DNA of 64,000 nucleotides from Octopus vulgaris (Eukaryota): NCBI GenBank assembly GCA_951406725.2, contig OX597834.1, positions 868,001 to 932,000 of the forward strand, read 5' to 3'. Shown piece by piece: positions 39,431 to 51,540 of this stretch (position 1 is its first letter; each line of letters starts with the position of its first letter). The notes under the pieces were generated by a model. It saw only the letters and a program-made list of their open reading frames with translations, ran no database searches and was not told where the DNA came from. The position numbers and the translations under genes were made by a program.

Positions 39431-39994
39431 ATTATGCTCCTCCCGGTTTCTTCAGTACAGTTACATCGGTTTGCCCTCACTAGAATATTGATGTCATCTA
39501 CATATCTACAATAATGCAATAGTTATGGATTATTCAGCTAGGGACTGTGTTAAGTTTTCTGTCCCACCAGGTCATGAAGAGGCGGGCCACATCCCCAGCA
39601 GAACGACACTGACAGCTGCACCTTGAACTTACATGTATAGTTTGCTGTCAAACTTCACTATGTGGTTCTTCAAGGTGCTTCTCACGCCAGCTCCTATAGT
39701 GTATGCAATTATTCTTTTCACCTGATTGTCATTCTCAGGGTCCTGGGTGGGTATGGTCCAGCCACTCTAGTTCTCCATGGTGCTTTTTTTCACTGTCGAG
39801 GTGATGATGGGTGGTCTCCTCCTTTCTGGCCTGGTGTGACAGAATCTACTTAGGACGTGGTTATCTAGGTAATTACAGTCATATGTTAGTTTTTGGAGGG
39901 GGCCCAGTCCCCTCAGGTTGAATTCAGGGAACACTGCTTCACTCTCAATGCATTTTTCCACAGCAAAATCTGTTTATAGGTGGGTAGAGTGAAA

Positions 39995-40220
39995 CGATGT
40001 TCTTTCTACTGTAGGCACAAGACCTGAAATTTGGGGGAAGAGATTAAGTCGATTACATCTACCCCAGTGCATAACTGGTACTTATTTGATCGACCCCAAC
40101 AGGATGAAAGGCAAAGTTGACCTTGGCAGAATTTGAACTCAGAACGTAGAAACAGATGAAATACCACTAAGCATTTCACCCAGCGTGATAACGATTCTGC
40201 CAGCTTGCCGCCTTGATTTA
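39995..40220 (-). mobile_element. SINE
   Basis: ttctactgtaggcacaagacctgaaattt...gaatttgaactcagaac...gataacgattctgccagcttgccgcc; tRNA-like head on the minus strand. Confidence 0.65.
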
Positions 40221-40239
40221 AACCACATCCATACTACCT

Positions 40240-41545
40240 ACTACACAACCTGTGAGGTGGCTGGGACCATTGATGGGAAAACCCAGAAGATACTAACCAG
40301 CACACATAATTTTCACATCAACACTGGCACAGACCACCTCTACCTAAAATGGAAAGAAGGTGGCAGAGGCTTAACATCAATCCAGACTGCCTTTGAATGT
40401 TGTATCATATCCCTTTGGCAACATATTTTCACTACAAAGTGTTGAAGTGCGTCCCTTGGCGAGTTTTGCATACATGAGGCTGACAACATCATAACACTTG
40501 AAAAGTAGCTCCTTGAGCAGCATTCCTTGTTTGATGACCATAAATACAAAGAAGTCGCATGACTCTACTGAAATGTATATTCAGATGAAAGGTTAAGCGT
40601 ATATGAGCAGAAAAACCATGCATGGATATGTTATTAGAAAGCTCCAAGATGATAGTAACGTTGATCATCAAAGCAGTCTACCATGGACCAACAATCGGAT
40701 TACTACCTCCCACTTTGAATGGTATGCATTTGCAATTCAGGAACAGGAAATACCAACCAAGTACCTGATGCACAAAAGGGACAGGGATGCGGGGAAAAGT
40801 AGCAAAATGTGATAACTGATGCAGATTTTGTGGAGTTAACACTGAAGATATCACCATAATATAAGCAGTTGTCCAAAAGTATCATCACAGTGTTATCTAC
40901 CGATGAGACATGATGTTGTAGTTAGGACACACTATAATGCGATCCGTCAGAAGGATAAGCCCGAGGACAAAGAAATAAGAACCTGCAGTATTGTAAAAGC
41001 CATAGCCACTCATAATAATAAAGGAGTACTGGTGGAATGTCCCAGTGAAAACCTCAATAAAATGTAAACACAATAGACCTGATTTGGGATAGAGAAGAGA
41101 AATTGTGTACAGTTGTGGAAATCAGCAGCCCAGCGGATGTTAACATAAAGCTGAAGATCAGTGAAAAAGAGAACACCTATGCTGAACAATTGAGAAATCT
41201 GCAGTTACTCTATCCAGAGTACAAGTTCAGGTTTATACCTGCAATTATTGGGGCTCTGGGATTTGTTTCACACTGCCTAAATACCAATCTTGAGAAATTA
41301 GGCTTCTCAAAACTAGAAAGGAGAAAGCTAATTCAAAGACTACAGATCCAATCCATCACTGGAACTGTAAAAATCTGTAAAACTTTCCAGAAGTTTATCC
41401 TTTAAGATTTTACCAAGAACTTGGCAAAAATAAAATAAAATAGAGATCAATGCAGTACCAACAGAAGGATGACGCTGGTTAGCTGACTGATGCCTGAAGG
41501 TTGCAACGAGTGGTTTCTCGTGGAAAACTACTCGTAATAGAAATA
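40240..41545 (+). mobile_element. Degraded Dong/R4-type RLE LINE 3' fragment
   Basis: HNFHIN..TDHLYL..KEGGRGL, AIQEQEIPTKYL and VVEISSPAD...IIGALG motifs. Confidence 0.8.
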
Positions 41546-41554
41546 ATAAAAATA

Positions 41555-43340
41555 ATGATTTCAATTCTAATAGCGTCGGCACCCCTGTACGTAAGATAAA
41601 TCCTTTACGGACCAGGGGAGGTAACCGCCACCCAACCCCAAATTTCCAGCACAGAAAATTTCCCCTTTATTTCAAAAATAACGCTAGGAACAATTCTAAG
41701 TCCACAAAAAACTGTATCTGGTTTTGCTACCTTTCAGAAAACAAATCAAATCGAACCTTCCCTTACAGTTCCGTGAAGCCGTTGCTAGGAACTTTCCCAG
41801 TAATTCTAGGTATCATTCTATTATCAATTCACACAAGGTAAGAATTGCATTCTCTAACACTAGGAATCTTTCGCAAATTATTGCTTCCCATGATAACAAG
41901 CTGCTAAACAAAGATTCTTCACCCGGGAGTTCCAACACTACTCTTACCAATTCCAACCAGTCATACAACCATAATAATAGAAATAGTATTGATAGTAACA
42001 GCATTCGTAGCAGCGTTAGTGTTAGTGATGATAATATTAATAATAGTATTAGTCAGGTTAATAACAATGGTACTGTTGATGGTAACAACAACAACGGTTC
42101 TATTGTCGGGGATATTGCCGGTTATAGTACAATTAATAATAATAATAATAATAGAAATAATGTAGTTGTTAACGCTAGCAGTAATAAAAACAGCAATCAT
42201 AACAATAAAAACTCGATCTCGATCTCGGAGGAAAACCCTAACAGATTAAAATTTTTGTCCAGTAATTCCAGAATTAAAAATTCCATTTACCAGTGTAGAA
42301 TTTCTTCTGGTACTGATGTCTTCTTCTATATTGGTGCGACATCTTCTAAGTTATCCAAGAGAATTTCCAATCATTATTCAACTTTCCGAGATAAGAGAAA
42401 ACAATTTAGTACAGGGCTAAGTAAATTAGTTTGGCGTCTTAAAGACAACAATATAACTTTCAAGTTGAATTGGTCCATATTGTTTGTATCCTTTCCTTTT
42501 GATAAGGGCAGAAAATTTTGTGGCATTTGTAATTCTGAACTCTTCTATATCCTTTTCGCCAAGGTTCCCCTAGTAAACACACTCATAGGAAAATCGTACA
42601 AATGTAAGCATTGGCAGAAGCACACTTTCCACTCATATACATGATAAATGATATAGATAACCACTGTAGTTTTAACAATTAACTTCACATCTACACCACT
42701 GCCATAGACAAATTCTTTTATATGCCTTAGAACTTTTTTTCTGCTCCGTTATATGTTAAATTGCTACTAAATATCTTTGACGTATGTTTAGCTTTCTCTC
42801 TCTCCCTCTCCCCCCTCTCTCTCTCTCTCTATCACACACACAATCAAACACACAGACACAAATTTGTCACCTTACTAATAAGTATGTCTGACATTTGTCT
42901 CCCCCACACACACACACAATCACACATATTCACACATACACACACACACAGACACAAATGCAGTTATATACACACACTCATATGCACACATAAACACCCG
43001 CACTCTTTAACACAAGCAAACACCCGCACATCCCCACACATGCAGCATACATATTGTCCCCTGCCTATTTTTAGTACTTCCTCCTTCTATCCATTTTTGA
43101 CGTCATTGCATATGACGGATTAATTTAAAAAAACACTCATTATCACTATGGGCGCAATGTAGGCAACCATCAAAATTTTTTGTTCGTCTTGAGGCTGAAA
43201 GCGGCTCCTTATCTTTCCTGATGAGAAGATGGCATATTGCACCCTTTATTCCTTCGGAATTAAGAGTATGCTGCCTTCGAAACATGTGTCGAGAGTAAAG
43301 GAATTTTGTTAAAATCTTCGCTCGACTCCATTCTTTCATT
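41555..43340 (+). mobile_element. 5'-truncated Penelope-like element (GIY-YIG ORF 41724-42644 and 3' repeat region with hammerhead)
   Basis: SIYQC...FYIGAT...KRISNHYSTF...TGLSK.VW.LK...W.IL...CGIC..E...C.H endonuclease pattern; hammerhead at 43213-43295. Confidence 0.8.
43213..43295 (+). ncRNA. Type I hammerhead ribozyme motif
   Basis: ctttc-CTGATGA-gaagatggcata...tatgctgccttc-GAAAC-atgt-GTC-gagag: stems I and II pair, core intact, GUC triplet. Confidence 0.8.
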
Positions 43341-43342
43341 TA

Positions 43343-43393
<51 letters not shown>

Positions 43394-43417
43394 CCATACA
43401 TTTGCATATATATAAAT

Positions 43418-45103
43418 ATACAAGATTTTCTGGGCTGGGAATACTGCGGGGTCGGGGGTGTGGGTATACTTATCACCGAAAAATGGGTAGATAAGGTAAT
43501 CGAGGTAGTCAGAGTATGCAACAGAATACTTAAGATTAGATTAGTGCTTCATCATAGTTTAGCAACCATTATATCGGCCTATGCCCCTCAGCCAGGGCTA
43601 CCCAATGGACAGAAAGACTGTTTCTATGACACCCTACTGCAGACCACCTCATTGACGAACGACAGGGACCTTCTCTTTGTGGCTGGTGACTTCAATGGGC
43701 ATGTTGGACGACATGCTGGGGGCTTCCTTGGTGTACATGGAGACTACGGTTATGGTTCCCGCAACGAGGAGGGAACCAGGCTGCTGGAGTTCTGTGATGC
43801 GAATAGTCTTATGGTTTGCAACACTAACTTCAGGAAACCTACAAGCCACCTGGACACCTACCGATCGGGCCGACATACTAGCCAAATCGACTACATCTTT
43901 GCCAGAAAAAAAGAAAGATGGCTGCTTATAAATGCCAAAACCTTCCCTGGCGAAGAATGTATCCCACAACATAGACTAGTAGTTAGTGACTTTAGGATCA
44001 GGACTAAGAGGACGACTAGAAGACGACCAACATGGAGAAGAAGGGTCTGGAAGCTTAAAGATCCTGCGAATGGACAGAGATTTAGAGACATGTTACTTGA
44101 AGCCTTTGACGAAATAGAAGGGGGTATAGCTACACATGGGGTAGAAGGCAACTAGACGCTTCTAAGGGACAACCTGCTGAAAGCCACTGACCAGATCTGT
44201 GGCTGATGCAAAGTCCCCTCAAGACCCAAAATAACGTGGTGATGGAACAATATTGTTGACAGGGCTATTAGACAAAAGAAACAGGCTTGGAAGGACTGGA
44301 AGAACGGTGGTAGCAGGGAAGTGTATCAGACTGCCAGAAGGGAAGCTAGGAGACAGGTTTATTTAGCCAGAGGGGAAGCAGATAAGAAAAAATTTGCCAA
44401 TGTTCTGCGCCGTGAGGATGAAAGAATTGAGGTATTTTGTGTTGCAAGACAGTATGTGAGAGAGAATCGTGACGTGGTAGGAGAGAAATGTGTTCGCAAG
44501 GATGACGGTTCACTTGTGCTAAATGAGGATGCAAAGAGAGAGGTTTGGAGACGCCACTATGAAGGGTTGCTGAATGAGGAAAATGAATGGGATAAAGAGA
44601 GTCTGCCGAATGTCGACCCAACAGAGGGACCAGCAATCCGAGTTGACAGTTCCTTAGTAGTTAAGGCAATTACAAGCATGAAAACAGGGAAAGCCCCAGG
44701 CCCATCAGGAATTACTGCAGAGATGCTCAAAATATCTGGTAGTGTCGGCTATAGCCTAGTCACCCGTATAGTTAATCAGGCGATACACAAAGGAGTCATA
44801 CCCAATGACTGGTGTAGCAGCATAATAGTCAACTGCTACAAAGGTAAAGGTGACGCCCGAGATACAAATAATTACAGGAGTATCAAGCTGCTGAATAAGG
44901 TAATGAAGGTTACGGAGAGGGTTATAGCTCAACTAATTAGAGAGAGAGAGTTAGCTTAGATCAGATGCAGTTTGGGTTTGTGCCAGGGAAAAGTACTACT
45001 GATGCTATATTCCTGGTAAGTCAGCTGCAGGAGAAATACCTAGCCAAAGATAAACCCCTGTACCTGGCTTTTGTTGACAAGGAGAAAGCCTTCGACAGGG
45101 TCC
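43418..45103 (+). mobile_element. RTE LINE fragment (APE and RT N-terminal part)
   Basis: ORF 43460-44155 (SAYAPQ, GDFNGHVG, SQIDY, QHRLVV) and 44321-44959 (GKAPGPSGI, YKGKGD). Confidence 0.92.
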
Positions 45104-45199
45104 AACATTTCTTCACTTTTTCCAGAATTTCTTCTCTTTATTTTATTTTTTTTGCGAAATATGATTTTATGATTCATGTGTGAGTGTGTGTTCTTGATA

Positions 45200-45665
45200 C
45201 TCGTTTAGAACAAGTAGTTTTACACCAATTACACTATTTTTTCTTAGTTTAAAGGCCGTGGACTGAAGATGTGAAATTTCCGAAGCCTCTCCCCCACCCC
45301 CTTTCGCGAGCGCGCATTTTTTTCATGATAGTCGTTTAGAGCAAGTTATTTTACACCTATTACGCTGTTTTTGTTTTTGTGCCCGGTTCAGACGCTTTCG
45401 GAAATTCCCGATATAAATTTTCCGAGGCCTCTCCCCCACCCCTCTTTCGCGAGAGCGCATTTTTTTGTCATATTCGTTTAGAGCAAGTTGTTTTACACAT
45501 ATTACATTATTTTTTTTGTTTTGGTGCCCAGGTCAGCTCCTCAGACGCTTTCGGAACTTCCCGATGTGAATTTTCCGAGGCCTCTCCCCCACCCCCCTTT
45601 CGCGTGCGCGAATTTTTTTTTTCATATTCGTTCATAGGAAGTTGTTTTACACCTATTACACACAT
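45200..45665. repeat. Degenerate tandem repeat, ~130-155-bp units, 3+ copies
   Basis: tcgtttagagcaagt.gttttacac...tttccgaggcctctcccccaccc..tttcgcg recurs at ~45200, 45332, 45475 and 45628. Confidence 0.8.
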
Positions 45666-45807
45666 TTTTTTTTTGATTTTCTGATAATCGTAACGCCCTA
45701 TATTAACCTAATTTTTTTTACACAAACGCGAACGTATATAATTTGTGAAACTTTTTTTTTTTTACAGACGTATATAATTTGGTAAACTTAATGAATTAAT
45801 TTCTTCA

Positions 45808-46105
45808 CATCATCATCATCGTTTAACGTCCGTTCTCCATGCTAGCATGGGTTAGACGGTTCGACCGGGGTCTGGGAAGCCAGAAGGCTGCCAACGGCCA
45901 TGGTCGGATTGGTGCCAGTCGAGGCGGCTCTGGCATCGGCCACGATTCGGATAGTGCTTTTTACGTACCACCAGTCCAGGGGTCCTGGCATCTGCCGGGT
46001 GCCACACTTGCCCCAACATGTCTTCGCAAGCAAAGGGGGTTGGCATGGGTGCCTGTCGTCGGATGAGGTTCGATATCAACTTCGCTTGCCTCAACAGGTC
46101 TTTGT
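45808..46105 (-). mobile_element. RTE 3' UTR-derived short element
   Basis: Homologous to 22748-23175 with an internal deletion. Confidence 0.8.
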
Positions 46106-46691
46106 GTATAAATGTATAAATTTTTCGCACTAAATTCTTTCTGTAGAATTTATCAAACAACGCGCAAAATTATTCCGTAGAATTTATCAAATTAAAAAAC
46201 GCAAAATTAATATATTTTTTGAAATTGCAAATTATTTAGAATATAAAACAAATGAAGTTAAATTTTAAAAATAAATGTCATATACTTATACTTTGTAAGA
46301 TGCTGTGTTCACACTTCAATTTACTATTTTCTAGAAATGTTGCTTTTCTAATTGAAACCATTTTTCTCAAGCTCCATTTAAAAGTCCATCATGTCTCTTG
46401 AGCCATATCAAAATGAACAACTTTGAATTACGCGGCGGTGGTGGTGTGAGGTTCTAATTTTTTTTTCTGATCTCTCTTTGCCCCCCTCTTTATCTCAGTT
46501 GTTCATTCCGCTGATATTTAGAAAAATTTTCGCGCCCAATTTTTGTTGTGGCGGGAAAAGATGAACGATTTAAAATAAATATATCTTAATTGTAGTGTGA
46601 GAAAGTATATATATTTGATAGTGTGATGTAACTCTTTGGAATAACAATGCATGCGGCTGAAGAGAGCTTTAAACTATCTTTTATAAAGCAG

Positions 46692-46746
46692 ATGAGGGCT
46701 GTTCAAATGATTATGTTTCTATTGCTTATTGTACCAACTGATGCAG
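46692..46746 (+). CDS. Signal-peptide exon of Cys/Trp-rich paralogue 2
   Basis: ATG at 46692 encoding MRAVQMIMFLLLIVPTDA (basic n-region, hydrophobic core, T-x-A site); phase-1 donor CAG|GTTTGT at 46747 joins in frame to exon 51112. Confidence 0.7.
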
Positions 46747-47882
46747 GTTTGTTATTATTTCTTTTCTATCTTATCAATATAATTGTGGAACATTTAAGGC
46801 GAGATTGTGAAAGAAGGCTTTTTGTCTTTATATGATTTACTTGTTGAGTGTCGGGACAGGTAGGCGCCTAAACTCTCTCCATCGTGTGTGTCTTTTATTT
46901 CATATTTATTGCATATAAATATCCTCTGTTCTTTCACGACTTGGATGCAAGCCAACAGCTGCACCAACTACCACCGATATTGTTCTTGTTACCGCCACAG
47001 CATCGGTGCTCTTACATATTTGGGAATATTACCCTACAAGAAAGCCAACAGGAAAACCTCATCGCAGTGGTTCCACATAAACGTAGTGTAGAAGCTAAAA
47101 CCTTCTCAAATTCCTTTCTACACTCTTCAAAAAAATTATCAGCCTTTGGTCATATATCTGCTTGGTAATGATTGACCTGTGGTTAAACAACAACAACAAC
47201 AACAGTAATCTCTTTCTTTGGTTTCAAACAATAGCAGAGCAGATATGGATGTTTGGTTAAGACATTCGCTATCTTGTGATACTAGGTTCGGTCGCACCTG
47301 AGAAATTCCACCACACGACAAGAAAGACACATCATAAATATGAATACAAGATAGTGGCGAGGAAGGTTGTTTATGGAGAAATCATGTAAGTAAATGTGAA
47401 AATTATACAATGTATATATACTGAGTTTACAGAATATGGAATGAAATTTTTAAAAAATAAACCGTTTTAATTTCAACAATGTTAAAAGATAATTTATGAC
47501 TCTGTCACTCAAAAAGCTGGCTTTTAGTTGTCAGAAGTGAAAATAGAAAAATCTGAGGTCAGAGGTCAACTTCGTGTATTTACGTCGTCAGGTTTATTAC
47601 CTTCGTTAATTTACGCCGTTTCTGCCACGGACCACCACTAAAGCATGACAGTGCCAAAAAGCCAGCTTCAATTTCCGCAATATGCCCCATTAAAAGACAT
47701 TTAATATAACGTCTGTTTTTCTGAAAATGGAAAATAGAGGAAATGTTAATAACATTCTAATTCTTTCAAAGAATTTTTGTATTTAAACTGAAAGTATTTC
47801 ACATTAAAGGCATTCTTTCAAATGAACAAAACTTAAGTTTAAAACTTTGCCCTTTCGCAGTCAGCAAAGCGATGAGTAGGAG

Positions 47883-48222
47883 GTGGAGACCCCCTTCGGT
47901 TATGACTGACCACGGGATTGCACCTAGAAAGTTACCCTCCGAGGCACAAATTCGGGCAAGGTTGTTTATGTAAGGCCAGCAGTCGCCCATGCATACCAGC
48001 TTCCCCTCTCCATGCCTCCGATGTTATCCAAGGGAAAGGCAAAGGGGCCGATGCAGCTTGGCATCAGTGATGTCGCATCTCATTTCTACAGCTGAGTGAA
48101 CTGGAGCAGCGTGAAATAAAGTGTCTTGCTCAAGAACACAACACGCAGCCCGGTCTGGGAATCGAACTCACAATCTCACGATCATAAGCTCGATGCTCTA
48201 ACCACTGAGCCATGCGCCTTCA
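47883..48222 (-). mobile_element. tRNA-derived SINE
   Basis: Minus head tgaaggcgcaTGGCTCAGTGGttagagc...gaGTTCGATTCCcagacc. Confidence 0.8.
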
Positions 48223-48771
48223 CAAAGTGATGAGTATAACTGGTATAACATTAGATCATGGACACTTCTCATAGTTGCATTTAGCAGGTGGGAGAAACTT
48301 AGGGTAAACCGTCACTCCTTCATATAAGCTTATCTCTTAAGTTCTATATTATATTTTGTTTACTCCCTGTACAGTATGATGACACACTGGCCGAGACATT
48401 GGAAGGCCAAACAGAATACTTCGTGGTATTTATACTGACTCTCTGCACTCTGTGTTCACTTTGGTCTATTTTACCTTCCATCTTTTCAGGGTCGAAAATA
48501 AGAATGTCAAATTGGATGCTTCGTGGTATTTGCTCTGATTATTTGCGTTCTGAATCCAAATCCTGATACGACATTCTTAGGTGGCAGATTTAACCTATCA
48601 ACTGGCTTAATACCATTACCTACCACTTTAGGTATCTTTAGCAGAACCCACTCTGTTCTAAGTATTAGGCACAGGATTTTGGTTTGAAAATAATCCTCTG
48701 TCCTCTATCTTGGAGGCCTTGCAACCGAGCATTTCTACTGCCTTCTACACTGATTAAAACAACAAATGTTT

Positions 48772-48806
<35 letters not shown>

Positions 48807-49014
48807 ATTGAAAAGGATAAATGAATTATCTTGTTACGGATTATTCAAATTATAACCGATACCTGGGTAGCAAAAATCACAACAGAAAAATCACGGTTGA
48901 GGTTACGACCATGGGGTATCACAACCGTGCCTTAGTGCGGATAATTGAAGTTTTATATATTTAGTGAGGGAAGAAATAGAGCTGAACGAAGATTTTACAA
49001 AATTCCTTTTTATT

Positions 49015-49100
49015 ATTTTCTACACATGTTTCAAAGGCTGCAAATTCCCTAATTCGGACTGAATAAGGAGACCATTTTGCAGCATTCTCTTCAGGAAAAT
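49015..49100 (-). ncRNA. Type I hammerhead ribozyme motif
   Basis: Minus strand attttc-CTGAAGA-gaatgctgcaaa...tttgcagccttt-GAAAC-atgt-GTA-gaaaat: 6-bp stem I, 12-bp stem II with one mismatch and a G-U. Confidence 0.78.
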
Positions 49101-49688
49101 CCAGGAACTTAAATCTCCAAACAAATGCGCAGCAAGCTTTTCGAACAAACGCTCCCTAGGAGCCCATGGTATGAATGGCACAAAACTGTCTCTCAATATG
49201 CGTTGACGTCAGGGTGGGTGAAGGCCGACGAAAAAGTCCGTTGAGATAATTCGAGGTCAAATTTCGGTTAACATAGGGTAGGGGAAGAATTACAGAAAAC
49301 CAAAGAGTGTGAATATATTCTGTATAACTAGTGTTAATGTTCGAATTGTTTTAAGAATGAAAGCTATCTTATTTGGGTGTGAGAAACTACTTACATGTAT
49401 GTGTGTGTGCGCCTATGTATGTGTGGCAGTATGTTTAGGAAGCAGCTAGGGAGAAAATATATTGCAGCTATTGTTGGTCAAGCAGCTGATAAAAACCAGT
49501 GTCTGTGTGTTCGTCTGTGACCAGTTTATAGACAGATGACTTGTCAACAAGGGGAGTATAATCCCTGATATTGTTTCTAAATAAGTAGCAGTTTCTAAAT
49601 ATATATATATATATACATATATATAAACACACACACACATATATGTATATACGTATGGTATATATATATTTCTTCATTTGTAAATTAA

Positions 49689-49729
49689 GGCTACCATTAG
49701 TTTCATGTTTCATGAAACTAATGGTAGCC
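49689..49729. repeat. Perfect 19-bp inverted repeat with 3-nt loop
   Basis: ggctaccattagtttcatg-ttt-catgaaactaatggtagcc. Confidence 0.9.
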
Positions 49730-49823
49730 ATAATTCACAAATAAATAAATTATATCCACTCATTTTCATTGTTCAACATTTACGTATAAATATATATATA
49801 TGTAGAGTGAAAGAGAGAGCGAT

Positions 49824-49874
<51 letters not shown>

Positions 49875-51111
49875 TGTATAGGTAAGATCCAAGGATCAAG
49901 GTATAGGGAGTTAGTGAGCTTAAAGGGATCCTAAGAAGATATAAAAAAACAACTTTCGAAGCAGGTAGCCTGGATTTTATCTACTCCATTTCCTAATTTT
50001 TTTCTATGTATATATAGGTGTGTGTGCATATGTATATATGTACGTATGAATGGATGTATATATGACATAAGAATCGGAATGTGAATCAGCTCTATTACAA
50101 TTATATAATGCTAAGCTAATATGCAGATACATGTGCACACACATATACACACTTACACTCACATGCACACATACACACTCAAACACATTTATAAAGAAAT
50201 TTGTGTCTATATATTTTACATTAGATACATTAAATAAAAATGAATCCTTACAAATGGCCGTATATATTCTGCTCTTTCGGAGCACATCAAACAATTTCAT
50301 AATTACAGTTACAACTAAAAATGTGAGAGATTATTTGAAATATGACTTTCTTTCTAGAAAAATATAGAAAGTTTCATGTTATATTGAATGAGAGAGATGT
50401 GTGTAGCGTGTAGATAAATCTTCAGGAAATGTAAAAGAATGGACATTTACAAATAGGCACAGAAAGAATTTAGTTTTGCAGAGAATATTTGATGAATGTG
50501 TATGAATGAAGATGAGATGGAAATTAAGGTAGCAAGATGGATGCAATAGAAATTACTTTTCCTTTATAAAAATTTTGAAAGAACGCAAAAAACTATTTGT
50601 AAAATGTGAGGAACTGAAAAATATTAAATTCCAAAAGTAAAATGAATATTATTGTGTTTATAATCAGGGTTTTACATATTATGTTAAGGAAGCAGGTGAA
50701 GAAAATAATTATTTTGTTAAGTTTGTAGTATTGGATGAGTCAACAATGTGGCTAACACATCAGATGTGTAGTTTGAGAGATACTGTACTGCATGTCCTCA
50801 AAAATAACTTCTGATTCATTAAAATTATATAAATTATTCACTCGGGCGCTCTTAAATAATTTATTTATAGCATTACACCTTTTATAATGTTAAAGACGCT
50901 ATTTCCTAATTCCTGATTCCAAACTTGAACTGAGATCCTATTTACATAGGCAGAAATATAACATTTGAGAATGAATGAATTTCAAAAAGGGCAAAATCCA
51001 TTCCAGATAACTTATTAATAGCATGGTTTCACCCAAAATATTATATCAATTTATCAATTCATATTAGATGCTTATTCTTTTATTATTTCATTAATTGTTT
51101 TTTTAATGAAG

Positions 51112-51249
51112 GTTCTTGCAGAGGCTGCAAGATTTATGGTGAATGCATCTGCCAAAAGGCACTTTGGATTTCCAAAATATTCAATTCTTGTACAATTAAA
51201 ATGTGTATGTGGTACAGAAATAGATGGGATATAGTTGGTACATACATAG
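51112..51249 (+). CDS. Internal coding exon (phase 1-1) of Cys/Trp-rich paralogue 2
   Basis: AG at 51110-51111, GTAAGT donor at 51250, 138 nt. Encodes (G)SCRGCKIYGECICQKALWISKIFNSCTIKMCMWYRNRWDIVGTYI. Confidence 0.85.
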
Positions 51250-51340
51250 GTAAGTGCTCAATGGAATATTGTCCTCAGCGATTAATATTTCATAATATTT
51301 CTATCATAATGATAAATTCACATATTTTGAGGGAGAGTAA

Positions 51341-51410
51341 ACTCAGATAAATCAAGTCAATTACTCAGATAAATCAAGTCAATTACTCAGATAAATCAAG
51401 TCAATTACTC
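51341..51410. repeat. 22-bp minisatellite, 3 copies
   Basis: actcagataaatcaagtcaatt repeated three times. Confidence 0.9.
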
Positions 51411-51540
51411 TACTAATTTTCTATAAAACGTGTGACATTCTCATTCTGATAGAATTGAGTTATTTTGAAATATTTATGACTTTTTTGTTTTCATGTTGTT
51501 ATTTAGCCCCAGGTCAAACTTAATTCTTTTTTAGATTAAT

